From the NCBI GenBank assembly GCA_964230645.1, contig CAXRHT010000001.1, positions 128,001-192,000 on the forward strand: 64,000 nt of DNA, in the 5' to 3' direction. How positions within the stretch are numbered: the stretch's first letter is position 1; every line of letters starts with the position of its first letter. The stretch comes from Bdellovibrionales bacterium. Its GTDB lineage: Bacteria; Bdellovibrionota; Bdellovibrionia; Bdellovibrionales; JAGQZY01. The position numbers were made by a program, and so were the translations under genes. Of the stretch, positions 47,689-57,477 are shown piece after piece. Below the pieces are notes generated by a model. It saw nothing but the letters and a program-made list of their open reading frames with translations, had not been told where the DNA came from and did no database searches.

Positions 47689-49683
47689 CTAAGCTGTGAC
47701 GGGATCTCCTGGGACACCGCCGCTGGCCATCTTCTCTTGCGCCTCTTTTTCCTCTTCTTTTTCTTTTTTCTCCATTTCTTCGCGCGCTTCCTTCTGCTCT
47801 TTTGCCATTTTGCGCTCACGCTCTTCAAGACGCGTTTTTAGATCGTCAAGATTTCCACCTTTCATAATCATCGAAACATCTTCACCGTCGATTGTTTCAA
47901 ACTCAAGAAGGGCTTTGGCCAGAGTATGAAGGACTTCTAGGTTATCTTCGAGAAGACGACGCGCCTTATTGTAGCCATCCATAATAATGCGATGAACTTC
48001 ACGGTCGATCTCCTCGGCTTTAGAATCGGAGTACTCCTTGTTACTGCCACCGTTCTGCATTCCTAAAAATACGGGGCCATCGTTTTTCTCGTATGCTAAG
48101 GGTCCAAGCTTCTCACTCATTCCCCATTCACAGACCATTTTGCGAGCCACATCCGTGGCGCGCTCAATATCGTTTCCGGCTCCTGTGGTGTAGTCTTCAA
48201 AAATAATTTCTTCGGCAACACGTCCACCAAAGAGCATGGCAATCATGTTCTCAGCACTCTTCTTAGACATATTAAGACGGTCTTTTTCCGGCAAGAACTG
48301 GGTGAGACCTAGCGCCATTCCCCGAGGAATAATCGTCACCTTATGAAGAGGATCCGTTCCTTTGAGCATTTTCCCAACTAGAGCGTGTCCAGCTTCGTGG
48401 TAAGCCGTGATCTTTTTGTCCTCATCGCTAATAACCATGGACTTTCTTTCAGAACCCATGATCACTTTATCTTTAGCAAAATCAAAATCACTCATGGTAA
48501 CTTTGGAGTGATTATTTCTAGCAGCGTTCAGAGCCGCCTCATTCACTAAATTGGCTAAATCGGCACCAGAAAACCCAGGGGTTCCTTGTGCTACTTTTTT
48601 AAGATTTACATCACTGGCCGCAGGAACTTTCTTAGCGTGCACCGCTAAGATCTTTTCACGTCCGTGAAGATCGGGCTTATTGACCACCACACGTCGATCA
48701 AAACGACCGGGGCGAAGAAGGGCTGGATCCAACACGTCCGGACGGTTGGTGGCAGCGATAATGATCACACCATCGTTACTTTCAAATCCATCCATTTCAA
48801 CAAGCATTTGGTTAAGGGTTTGCTCACGCTCATCATGACCTCCACCCATTCCAGCACCACGGTGGCGGCCGACAGCGTCGATCTCATCAATAAAAATCAA
48901 ACAAGGAGCATTCCGCTTTCCTTGCTCAAATAAGTCACGCACTCGACTCGCACCCACACCCACAAACATCTCAACGAAATCAGAACCTGAGATTGTAAAG
49001 AAAGGAACACCCGCTTCACCAGCGACAGCTCGAGCTAAAAGAGTTTTACCCGTTCCAGGGGGGCCGACTAAGAGAACACCTTTAGGAATTTTACCGCCAA
49101 GTTTGGTGTACTTTTTAGCATCCTTAAGGAAGTCCACCACTTCGGTGAGTTCTTCTTTGGCTTCGACAACACCAGCAACATCATTAAATGTGACTCGGTT
49201 TTTATTCTCTGTTAATAATTTTGCCTTACTCTTTCCAAAGGACATGGCCTTTCCACCACCGACCTGAAGCTGCCTCATCACAAAGATAAAGAGTCCAAAA
49301 ATAATGAGGATCGGCAGATAGTTCATAAGAAAAACCATCATAAAAGAATTATTGGCGTTGGATTCGTACTTCGGGGTGATACCGTTTTGCTCTAAAAGAC
49401 GGTTCCCCTGCTCACCGATATTTCCGACGATGGTAAAATCTTTACCACCGAATTCTTTTTTATAGGGATCTTTAATTGTTCCATGGATTTCTCCCACGTC
49501 TCCACCGGAGCCTGTGTCACGGAACGTAATACTCTCGATTTTATTGTTTTCAAGAGCCTGTCTGAACTTAGGGTAATCAAAGTCGGCGATTTGGGTTTGC
49601 TTAGTTTGTTCGTAAGCCTGCACAAGTAATACAACGACTAAGATTGCAAGGGCCCAGAAGGCCATGGATCGCGATGCTTTCAT
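47689..49683 (-). CDS. ftsH: ATP-dependent zinc metalloprotease FtsH
   Basis: Two TM segments, [22 protein letters not shown]. Confidence 0.98.
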   Translation of the reverse strand: MKASRSMAFWALAILVVVLLVQAYEQTKQTQIADFDYPKFRQALENNKIESITFRDTGSGGDVGEIHGTIKDPYKKEFGGKDFTIVGNIGEQGNRLLEQNGITPKYESNANNSFMMVFLMNYLPILIIFGLFIFVMRQLQVGGGKAMSFGKSKAKLLTENKNRVTFNDVAGVVEAKEELTEVVDFLKDAKKYTKLGGKIPKGVLLVGPPGTGKTLLARAVAGEAGVPFFTISGSDFVEMFVGVGASRVRDLFEQGKRNAPCLIFIDEIDAVGRHRGAGMGGGHDEREQTLNQMLVEMDGFESNDGVIIIAATNRPDVLDPALLRPGRFDRRVVVNKPDLHGREKILAVHAKKVPAASDVNLKKVAQGTPGFSGADLANLVNEAALNAARNNHSKVTMSDFDFAKDKVIMGSERKSMVISDEDKKITAYHEAGHALVGKMLKGTDPLHKVTIIPRGMALGLTQFLPEKDRLNMSKKSAENMIAMLFGGRVAEEIIFEDYTTGAGNDIERATDVARKMVCEWGMSEKLGPLAYEKNDGPVFLGMQNGGSNKEYSDSKAEEIDREVHRIIMDGYNKARRLLEDNLEVLHTLAKALLEFETIDGEDVSMIMKGGNLDDLKTRLEERERKMAKEQKEAREEMEKKEKEEEKEAQEKMASGGVPGDPVTA

Positions 49684-49742
49684 TTCACTTCCTTTTGGTA
49701 AAGCCTTTCTCTAGTTTAACACTGTCAGGAGGAGGGCTCAAT

Positions 49743-50720
49743 TCAGGCCGAGAAGTCTCGGCTCATTCGTCCTGCGTCAACTTTCCAACGCTGACCCAAT
49801 AGTTTAAATGTGAGTCTTTTCTGGGAAGTGTCAAGGCGCTTAAGGGTCTCTTTTAGGTGAGAGAGACCATAGTTTTTTAGCCCCAAACGACGAAAATATT
49901 CGGCAACAACCCTTATTTTTTGCTGATCTCCCAAAGAGAGCAGTTCAGCGACAAATAAGGCCTCTTCATCCATAAACTGACTAAAATCCAGAGTTTGCTT
50001 CTCATTTTCTGACATTAGAGTCTCAAGAGATCGGGCAAAACTGTCCCTAGAACCAGGACGCTTGTCTTCTAATTGCGGCAACCAGTCATTGCGAATCCAA
50101 TTTCGAAACGCCTCATTCACCCCATTGGAAGGGTCTTCAAGCCACTCAGCCTTTTGGGACTGCATATAAGTTTTTAATTCCATTTTAGAAAATTCTAGAA
50201 GCGGCCTTATGCGATCTCCTTGTTGAAACTGCATTGAAAACAGATGATCCGGCCCCACACCTCGGATCAATCGCATGAGGCGTGTCTCAAAGAGGTCATC
50301 TTTATGATGGCCAAAAACCAGCAGATCCCCTTTTTCCGTTTCGATAAGACCCTTTAAATATTGTAAACGGGCTTTTCGGCACGCCTCTTCGGATCTCAAA
50401 GGTTTAGAGAAGGATTTCAAAAATTCTTTCGAATTATCACCATCAAAGTTGCTGAAAAATTTAAGTTCTCTTGAATCACATTGTTTTTTTACAAACTCAA
50501 AAGTGCGAAACCGATACTCGGTTTGCTCTTCACTTTCAGCGGGGCCATGATGAAAATGTGCCACTGAAAACTGGATTTGAAAATTGCGGTGAAAATGCTC
50601 AAAAAGATGGAGGAGAGCCATAGAATCAAGTCCCCCACTGATGCATAAAATAAAATGATTTTGAGACAGAGCTTGGAGTTTTTTTGTGAGTTTATGAATT
50701 TTCTGGGCTTGTAGTTTCAT
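49743..50720 (-). CDS. tilS: tRNA(Ile)-lysidine synthase (short form)
   Basis: SGGLDS, GHHKDDLFET, RPLL, EDPSN, RNWIR; upstream of ftsH. Confidence 0.92.
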   Translation of the reverse strand: MKLQAQKIHKLTKKLQALSQNHFILCISGGLDSMALLHLFEHFHRNFQIQFSVAHFHHGPAESEEQTEYRFRTFEFVKKQCDSRELKFFSNFDGDNSKEFLKSFSKPLRSEEACRKARLQYLKGLIETEKGDLLVFGHHKDDLFETRLMRLIRGVGPDHLFSMQFQQGDRIRPLLEFSKMELKTYMQSQKAEWLEDPSNGVNEAFRNWIRNDWLPQLEDKRPGSRDSFARSLETLMSENEKQTLDFSQFMDEEALFVAELLSLGDQQKIRVVAEYFRRLGLKNYGLSHLKETLKRLDTSQKRLTFKLLGQRWKVDAGRMSRDFSA

Positions 50721-51090
50721 CCCGATCTTCAATCACATCATTTTTAGGAACAAATTCAATGTCGGCCTTGATAGAAATTTTGTGTTCTCTTAGAGCCTTC
50801 TTAATTTCTTTGACCACATCAATCTTTTGAATCACTTTTGAAAACTCACTGCCCACTCTTTGCATTAGATCCTGCTTAGATTTTTGAGCACCTTTTAAAA
50901 CCTGTACGATCACTTCTTTGGGAAGGTTGAGACCTGAAAGATAAATCTTCAACTGATCCTCTGAAAGAAAGGGGGAAGAAAGCCCTGTGGCCACGACCTT
51001 TCGGATGGTGTCTGAGATACCACCCTTTTTTTCTTCGTCCCAGTTTAGTTCTACTTTTTCATTTTCCATTTCTTTGTCTTCAGTTTCCAT
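50692..51090 (-). CDS. Hypothetical protein
   Basis: In-operon ORF overlapping both neighbours; helical. Confidence 0.7.
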   Translation of the reverse strand: METEDKEMENEKVELNWDEEKKGGISDTIRKVVATGLSSPFLSEDQLKIYLSGLNLPKEVIVQVLKGAQKSKQDLMQRVGSEFSKVIQKIDVVKEIKKALREHKISIKADIEFVPKNDVIEDRDETTSPENS

Positions 51091-51511
51091 AAAGTTCCGC
51101 CACTCGCTTGTGATAGGCTTTCATCATAGCTGGTAAATTGGCGCTAATCACTGTTTTTGTCATTGATTTAGGCACAAACATCCCAAACTGAGCCTCTACA
51201 AAGTACTCAGCCTTAGTTTTGCCATCCTCTTCACTCAGTTTCCAGTGCCCATTCATACTTTTAAATAAGTCTCCTTCAAGAAACCGCCAGGAGACTTCAT
51301 TGGGCCTGGATTCTTTCTGCTCATTCACGTAAGTGAGGGATTTTATCACTGAGATCTTAAACTCCACCTTCTTTGTGTCACCTTGATCCTCGAGGACATT
51401 GACTTCCTTCACCTCATTTAAAAACTGAGGATAGTTCTTGTAATCGATCAGAATTTCAAAGAACTGTTCCGGTGAGCAGTTGAAAACTTCTGTGTGTCGT
51501 ACTTCCGCCAT
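51080..51511 (-). CDS. SRPBCC/START-family protein (RatA/Coq10-like)
   Basis: DYKNYPQFL, GDLFKSMNGHWKL; SD AGGAGG. Confidence 0.88.
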   Translation of the reverse strand: MAEVRHTEVFNCSPEQFFEILIDYKNYPQFLNEVKEVNVLEDQGDTKKVEFKISVIKSLTYVNEQKESRPNEVSWRFLEGDLFKSMNGHWKLSEEDGKTKAEYFVEAQFGMFVPKSMTKTVISANLPAMMKAYHKRVAELYGN

Positions 51512-51519
51512 GGGTCCTC

Positions 51520-51810
51520 CTATTTTTTAAAAAGTGCTTCGGCTTGCGCCAATAGATCATCTCTTTTGTCTTTTTCGAAGGTGCCGTCGCCTGGTTCAAA
51601 GTAATCGCAAAAATTACTCTCTTCCTTTTCTCGAACCACATCGGCTGAGGGTTCGCGGCACTCGTTGTAGGCATTTTCGTCGTAGAACCGACAGTTTTTA
51701 CAGACATGAAGGTCGGCCCCACACTTATCGCATTCATCGCGTCTCCCCACTCGGTCCATCACAGGGTTTTTCGTCCCGCAAGAAAAACAGACCACTTGGA
51801 CTTCTGCCAT
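51520..51810 (-). CDS. Small Cys-rich putative metal-binding protein
   Basis: CFSC, CDKC, CKNC, ECRE, NFCDYF. Confidence 0.8.
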   Translation of the reverse strand: MAEVQVVCFSCGTKNPVMDRVGRRDECDKCGADLHVCKNCRFYDENAYNECREPSADVVREKEESNFCDYFEPGDGTFEKDKRDDLLAQAEALFKK

Positions 51811-51813
51811 AAA

Positions 51814-52791
51814 TTAAAGACCTCCTGAGAAGGATTGGGGTTTCTTTTTCATATCATGATGAGAATCAATAAATCGAATGGTACCAGACTTTGAACGCAT
51901 CACAACCGATTGAGTTAAAACCTGGTTGTTACTTAAGAAACGAACGCCTTTTAGGAGCGGACCATCGGTCACACCGGTCGCGCAAAACATCACATCCCCT
52001 TTGGCCAAATCATCACGAGTGTAAACCCGGTCCGGGTCTTCTACTCCCATTTTTAGGGCTCTTTGCTTTTCTTCCTCACTTTGCCATTTCAGCTTTCCAA
52101 GAAAGTCGCCCCCTAGGCATTTGAGAGCGGCTGCCGTGATCACTCCCTCAGGAGCGGCACCAATTCCAAGGAGCATATCAATACCGGTTTCTTCAAGAGA
52201 GGCGGCAATCCCGGCTGAAACGTCTCCATCACCTATAAGGAGAATTCTTGAACCAAGAGCTCGAACTCTTGAAATTAGCTCCTTATGGCGGTCTCTTTCT
52301 AAGATAACAATGGTCATGTCTTCCACATTTTTATTCAGAGCTTCGGCTGTGGCTTTAATATTTTCTTCAGGGGTTTTATCAAAGGAAATCACACCTTTGG
52401 CTTTGGGCCCCACAGCAATTTTATCCATATAAGTATCAGGAGCGTGAAGGAAGTTTCCTTTTCCCGCCACGGCAATAACGGAAAGAGCTCCCACCCCTCC
52501 ACTAGCACAAATCGCCGTTCCCTCTAGGGGATCAAGGGCAATATCGACCTCTGGAGAGTCGGGCCCCACTTTGCCCACTTTTTCACCAATAAAAAGCATA
52601 GGGGCTTCGTCACGCTCCCCTTCTCCAATCACGATGGTTCCATCAATGGAGATATGGTTAAAAGCGCTGCGCATAGCATCAACAGCGGCTTGATCCGCTC
52701 CGTGAGAGTCTCCTCTTCCTGTCAATTTTGAGCATGCCAGTGATGCGGCTTCAGTGATTCGAACAAATTCTAGGGCTAAATTGCGATCCAT
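51814..52791 (-). CDS. glpX: Fructose-1,6-bisphosphatase class II
   Basis: IGEGERDEAPML, DPLEGT, YMDK, DGDV, PEGV, ATGVTDG. Confidence 0.96.
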   Translation of the reverse strand: MDRNLALEFVRITEAASLACSKLTGRGDSHGADQAAVDAMRSAFNHISIDGTIVIGEGERDEAPMLFIGEKVGKVGPDSPEVDIALDPLEGTAICASGGVGALSVIAVAGKGNFLHAPDTYMDKIAVGPKAKGVISFDKTPEENIKATAEALNKNVEDMTIVILERDRHKELISRVRALGSRILLIGDGDVSAGIAASLEETGIDMLLGIGAAPEGVITAAALKCLGGDFLGKLKWQSEEEKQRALKMGVEDPDRVYTRDDLAKGDVMFCATGVTDGPLLKGVRFLSNNQVLTQSVVMRSKSGTIRFIDSHHDMKKKPQSFSGGL

Positions 52792-52792
52792 A

Positions 52793-53212
52793 CTAAGTTT
52801 TCTCCGCCTCGTCTTTTAGAAAATTGATCACATAAGCTGGCAGCCGGATGGCTCTGTTCTTTTCCATATCAAATGCGACATGGACTGTCTTACCAAAGGC
52901 TGAGGGTTTATCAATGCTTTTTGTCCATAGAACGTATTCAAACACCAGTTTAGCCCCTTCTTGGTAAGCACTGTAATCCACTGTAACTTCCTCGTTGAAT
53001 CTCAAGGCCAATTTGTAGTCGACATGGCAACTCACCAAGGGATAGTTCACGCGCCCGAGAATGTTACCCTCGGAGTCACCATGAAGTCTGCGAAGAAACT
53101 GCAAGCGGGCTTCCTCAAGAATCCGCACATAGTTGGCGTGATGGATGATACCCATAGCATCGGTTTCATAAAACTGTAAAAGACGCTTGTACTGGTATTT
53201 AGGCTTCAACAT
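52793..53212 (-). CDS. Thioesterase (YbgC/4HBT family)
   Basis: FYETDAMGIIHHANY..EEAR. Confidence 0.9.
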   Translation of the reverse strand: MLKPKYQYKRLLQFYETDAMGIIHHANYVRILEEARLQFLRRLHGDSEGNILGRVNYPLVSCHVDYKLALRFNEEVTVDYSAYQEGAKLVFEYVLWTKSIDKPSAFGKTVHVAFDMEKNRAIRLPAYVINFLKDEAEKT

Positions 53213-53858
53213 GCTCTTTCACTTTTTCTTTGAATTGCACAAGAGCCGGCAATTCCGATTCAATTTGCCGCACGATCGAATAAACTTTCAAGGCAATCTG
53301 CTGATTATTGAGCACAGGAACACCCTCGCCACTTTTTTTATTTTCAAAAAGGATCATATCCTCATCCATCACCATGGATGATCCACTCATATCCATTTGC
53401 GCCTTCACCAGTTCCCCCTCCTGCATCCATAGGTAAAGATTGGTGTCTTTAGGCCCATGAAACCAAAAACTGAAGTCAGCTCCCGCGCTGTAGTGTTTGG
53501 GGTCAATAAGAGCCATGTTGAGCCCCACAATGCGATCAGTAACCACACGGTCGATAATAATCCGAGCGGCCACACTAATATCTTTAAAGTGCACGGCCAC
53601 CACCTCATCACTCACGCGAACAGTTTTGGCCGCAATGGCCGCCTCATCCACGTCAGTTTTAAGATGAAGTCTTATGGGCTGATCCACACTCTCCACTTTT
53701 CTTTCTTTGGGTTGAGCGAAGGCCGCCCCTTCATAACTCATATCAAAAACCAAGGTGGGACCGTAGTCCGTGACGGTGACTTGTAGAACTTTTGAAGAAG
53801 GTTCAACCAGCACTCTTTGATATTTACGACGGTCCTTTACGCTGTCACTTTTGGCCAT
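53199..53858 (-). CDS. PilZ-domain protein
   Basis: RKYQR (RxxxR) and DMSYEG (DxSxxG). Confidence 0.82.
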   Translation of the reverse strand: MAKSDSVKDRRKYQRVLVEPSSKVLQVTVTDYGPTLVFDMSYEGAAFAQPKERKVESVDQPIRLHLKTDVDEAAIAAKTVRVSDEVVAVHFKDISVAARIIIDRVVTDRIVGLNMALIDPKHYSAGADFSFWFHGPKDTNLYLWMQEGELVKAQMDMSGSSMVMDEDMILFENKKSGEGVPVLNNQQIALKVYSIVRQIESELPALVQFKEKVKEHVEA

Positions 53859-54504
53859 TTTTCCTGCTTGTTTTAAGGGATTGACGGAAATTCTCTTCCA
53901 TAAAGGTTCGCATTTTTTGAGCCACTTTTTCAGCGATAACTTCGAGCGTAAAATTCACCAAAAACTGAGGAATAGGAATATCAGATTTCACCAGAGAGGA
54001 CCAAATGGTGATCTCTGTTTTGGTGGGCTCAATGTAACGAAACTTATAATGCCCGACCATCCCTTTCAAAAGACCCCAGGTCACTTTCCAGTCCATTTGA
54101 GCCTCTTTGAGACTCGTTTTCCCCCATTTGTACTTTTGAATGAAACGCATCTGCATACCAAGAGCACGGATATGGAAGTACACTTCTTTTTTTTCTTTTT
54201 TATGAACCACTTTTTTAAAATAACTGGAAATCTCGGGAAGCTTTTCAAAGTTAAGCACTTGCTCTTTGGCAAAATAAAGGGGCACATTCACCACACCGGC
54301 ACCGAGCATTCCCACCTTCGTGCCTCCGGCCACACTCTCTGAGGTGACTGAAACCACAATTTTCCTCTGCTCCGTCATTTTTTCTACAAGATCAGGTTTA
54401 TGATGCCAAAAAGGCAGCTCTTCCTGAGCCATTGTTTGCGAGGCTGGCAGAAACAAAAACAAAATAATAAGACCTATGGCCTTTGAGAAAAGAAATCGAT
54501 TCAC
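53845..54504 (-). CDS. Exported START/SRPBCC-like protein
   Basis: Signal-like segment ending TMA-QE if GTG 54504 is used (ORF open from 54630); LNFEKLPEIS, WGLLKGMVGHY. Confidence 0.65.
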   Translation of the reverse strand: MNRFLFSKAIGLIILFLFLPASQTMAQEELPFWHHKPDLVEKMTEQRKIVVSVTSESVAGGTKVGMLGAGVVNVPLYFAKEQVLNFEKLPEISSYFKKVVHKKEKKEVYFHIRALGMQMRFIQKYKWGKTSLKEAQMDWKVTWGLLKGMVGHYKFRYIEPTKTEITIWSSLVKSDIPIPQFLVNFTLEVIAEKVAQKMRTFMEENFRQSLKTSRKNGQK

Positions 54505-54675
54505 ACCCTCTATTGTATCGAACTCCCCCCCCTTTCGACCACCCCTTCTTTTTTCCAGTTCACGAGCAATTTCTCTCCGCTCAGGCAAAAAGTTCCCCTG
54601 GAGTGAGCTTTTAAAAAAAGGAACTTTCAAAAAAGTCTATGGTATGAGCCCTCTGGAGTGTTAGGATTGGATTAA

Positions 54676-55218
54676 ATGAAGCCCTCACCCTTGCCTATGC
54701 TGGCCACTTTATTTCGAATGGCAGTTGTCCCTGTCATTATCGCGCTTGTCTATTGGCAACCACGCCACTGGGCCCTCGTATCTTGTGTGCTCTTTATCAT
54801 CGCCTCAATAACTGACTGGCTTGATGGTTATTTGGCCCGCAAACTCAATAGTGTGACCACCATGGGGAAATTTATGGACCCCATTGCTGACAAAGTCTTG
54901 GTCTCAAGTCTTCTGATTGTGTTTATTCCATTAAAATGGATCGACCCGATCGCGGTGATTTTACTGATCAACCGAGATGTTGTAATTGGAGGAATCCGCT
55001 CAATCAGTGCCTCACGCGGTCTTGTGATCGACGCTGGCGACCTGGGAAAATGGAAAACGACAGTGCAAATGATCGCTATCCCTGCCCTCTTTTTAAGCGA
55101 AAGCCTGACATTTCTTCCTTTTTTGCAAATCGGTTATTACGGACTGTGGCTAAGTGTTCTGCTTAGCGTTATTTCCGGGTTTCAATACTTTAGCGCCTTT
55201 CTTAAACATAAAATTTAA
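54676..55218 (+). CDS. pgsA: CDP-diacylglycerol--glycerol-3-phosphate 3-phosphatidyltransferase
   Basis: TDWLDGYLAR..GKFMDPIADK CDP-alcohol phosphotransferase motif, GKWKT; TGtTAGGAT 8 nt upstream. Confidence 0.93.
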   Translation: MKPSPLPMLATLFRMAVVPVIIALVYWQPRHWALVSCVLFIIASITDWLDGYLARKLNSVTTMGKFMDPIADKVLVSSLLIVFIPLKWIDPIAVILLINRDVVIGGIRSISASRGLVIDAGDLGKWKTTVQMIAIPALFLSESLTFLPFLQIGYYGLWLSVLLSVISGFQYFSAFLKHKI

Positions 55219-55347
55219 GGTTCTTAAATATTATTTCACGTTTAAGATTGTTTAAGTGTCATTTCAGTCGTTCGACTTTTATACCCCTATCCAAGCTCTT
55301 AAAACCAATTCCGGCTTTTAGAGTTCAAACAATCAAGAGGGGGTAAA

Positions 55348-56130
55348 ATGTTTAAAAATATCTTAATGATCGCAGTTATGGCTTTCAGTTACGGGGCCTT
55401 TGCTAAAGACATAAAAGTAATGGGAGAGAAGCACTCTCAAGGACAAGAAGTTCTGCACCTAAGAACTCTCGCCAATAAAGCTCTAAAAAATCAAAATTTA
55501 CGAAATTTTGAACTCGTTGGTGTGACCATGAAAGCCAAAAGCCTTCACGGTAACGGCAAGGCCACTTTAGTGGTTGGAAATGATCAAAGCCAAAAAAATG
55601 TGGATCAGTTTGGCGACGCTATTTTCTTTCTTGTGGAAGCGCCATGGGCTTACCATACCCTTCGTTGGAACATCTCCAGTATGCCTGGGCAAGCCAATGA
55701 AATCTGGCAAATTCACTTGAGAGGAAACATCAAAATTGAAGAGGTTAAGCTTAAGCTTAGACCCAGATCAAACCTCACTCGTGTTCGTATTCCTATGAGA
55801 GGTGAGCTTTTAGCGGGAGAGAACACCATTAAACTTCGTCAAGAACTGAAAAAAATGGGTTATCAAACTCGACGTGATCAACTTCGTCGCGTAGTAATGG
55901 TTGCAAAAAGTCGCCGCGGAAGAGCTTCTGCCGGAATGCAAGTGGGACAAAACTTTTCCAACGCTCAAACCATCGGACAATCTCAAAACGGTTTAGCTTT
56001 TCAAAGTAATTTACCAAAAAGTTATAACAGACTGGCTTGGAACTTTCGCGGAAGAACTCCTGGCGCGTGGCAACTCCATATGAAAGGTCGTATCAAAGTC
56101 AAAGCTGTTATTGTTGAGTTCCAAGAGTAG
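55348..56130 (+). CDS. Secreted basic protein with two internal repeats
   Basis: Signal peptide (AFA-KD), SD GAGGGG; AKS..G..A...VG and WQ(I/L)H(L/M).G.IK each occur twice. Confidence 0.82.
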   Translation: MFKNILMIAVMAFSYGAFAKDIKVMGEKHSQGQEVLHLRTLANKALKNQNLRNFELVGVTMKAKSLHGNGKATLVVGNDQSQKNVDQFGDAIFFLVEAPWAYHTLRWNISSMPGQANEIWQIHLRGNIKIEEVKLKLRPRSNLTRVRIPMRGELLAGENTIKLRQELKKMGYQTRRDQLRRVVMVAKSRRGRASAGMQVGQNFSNAQTIGQSQNGLAFQSNLPKSYNRLAWNFRGRTPGAWQLHMKGRIKVKAVIVEFQE

Positions 56131-56160
56131 TTGATTCTTCTTATTAAATGTTGGTTGCTT

Positions 56161-56194
56161 AAGGTAGGCTCCCCCAAGGGCCTTCCTTTTTTTT
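56161..56194 (+). terminator. Intrinsic terminator
   Basis: AAGGtAGGCTC / GGGCCTtCCTT stem followed by T-run. Confidence 0.6.
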
Positions 56195-56209
56195 GGGAAA
56201 CCTACTTGA

Positions 56210-57334
56210 TCACTGGGCGATGTGAGGGTTTGCGGGATCATTACCTTGCAAACGCCCCTGTTTAAAACACTGAGCGTTGTTGCAACAAGCAATGGCCGCG
56301 TCAGAAAGAACCCGCAACTTGTAAAAGTCCTCGCTCATCAATCCTTGGATTTCTGGAGTCACGCCGTTTTGAGGGCGAGCCAGAATTTGTGAAAGCTCCT
56401 CAGTCACCCCCTGATCGTTTGGACCAGAGAAGCTTGAAGGCGAACGGTTGGGAACATCTCTTAAATAAACGGCCCCCTCTTGCCCGTCGCTTCTGACATC
56501 ATAGGCAATTCGACCAATCTCTCCGGAACGCGTCCCGCTTCCCCCTTGCTGCCTGGTGAGACTCATTCTTGTTTTAGGAGGTGAACTGCTTCGATCTAAC
56601 TGAGTCCTGATTCGTATTTCACCAAAAGTTTGAAAGTCAAAATCGAAAGCCGCTTCACCAGAATCACAGTATAAATTGTATTGCTCATTGAGGTGCTGAC
56701 CGCCTGAAATTAGCGCTCGGCCATCGGTCATATAAGAGGAAACCAGATCCTTTTGGCTCCATTCATCCACGGCCATGGACGCTACGATGGCAGCCCAGTA
56801 GCTGGTTTGCGAACCACTGAATTCAAAAGGAGTTCCACTGAAAACTTGTGAATTTTGGGCCCAACTGACAGCAAAAAGAAGGTTGAGAATAGAGGCTGAT
56901 TTTTTATTTCTCTGCTTTCTTACAAATATACGGGTCATCCACTCATTGAGCGACTCCCCCTTGTGCCTTGAAATATCTTTTTGATTGTAGAAGAAACGCA
57001 CCCTAGAGCCTTTTTTACGAGCACTAAGAACGCTCACTGGGCGTTGTGACTTTGAGTCGAGAAACAAAATGACGTTTTTATGGTGAATAAACTTCGGAAA
57101 AGAGCCATTAGCAAATTTTGAGAAGTGTTGCCTTCGAAAAAGCCGCACCGATCGTGATCCGGAATTGAGCCATTGTTGCACGGACTTCACATTGTGCAAT
57201 TCGGCCGCCACTTCCGTTATCTTCCTTTCACTGATCGAGATATTTTTTGGGGGAGCTTGAGGGGTATTTTTCTTTGCTTGTAGTGTAAGGCTTGAAAAAA
57301 ACAAAGTTAGGCAAACAATCAGATTTTTAGACAT
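56210..57334 (-). CDS. Exported hypothetical protein with second internal signal-peptide-like segment
   Basis: N-terminal signal (TLQA-KK), SD GAGGGAG; internal RKQRNKKSASILNLLFAVSWA-QN. Confidence 0.75.
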   Translation of the reverse strand: MSKNLIVCLTLFFSSLTLQAKKNTPQAPPKNISISERKITEVAAELHNVKSVQQWLNSGSRSVRLFRRQHFSKFANGSFPKFIHHKNVILFLDSKSQRPVSVLSARKKGSRVRFFYNQKDISRHKGESLNEWMTRIFVRKQRNKKSASILNLLFAVSWAQNSQVFSGTPFEFSGSQTSYWAAIVASMAVDEWSQKDLVSSYMTDGRALISGGQHLNEQYNLYCDSGEAAFDFDFQTFGEIRIRTQLDRSSSPPKTRMSLTRQQGGSGTRSGEIGRIAYDVRSDGQEGAVYLRDVPNRSPSSFSGPNDQGVTEELSQILARPQNGVTPEIQGLMSEDFYKLRVLSDAAIACCNNAQCFKQGRLQGNDPANPHIAQ

Positions 57335-57477
57335 AAACACTCCCTCTATGAATTGTAGCCAGAAAAGAGTAAGGCATCAAATCAGGAGCCAGGCTGAAAG
57401 GTCTAGGTTTTTTACATCTCATTCTCTTACTGGTGGCTTCCTAGAGCTCATGTTCCTGGGGGCGAAGAAACTCTCCC

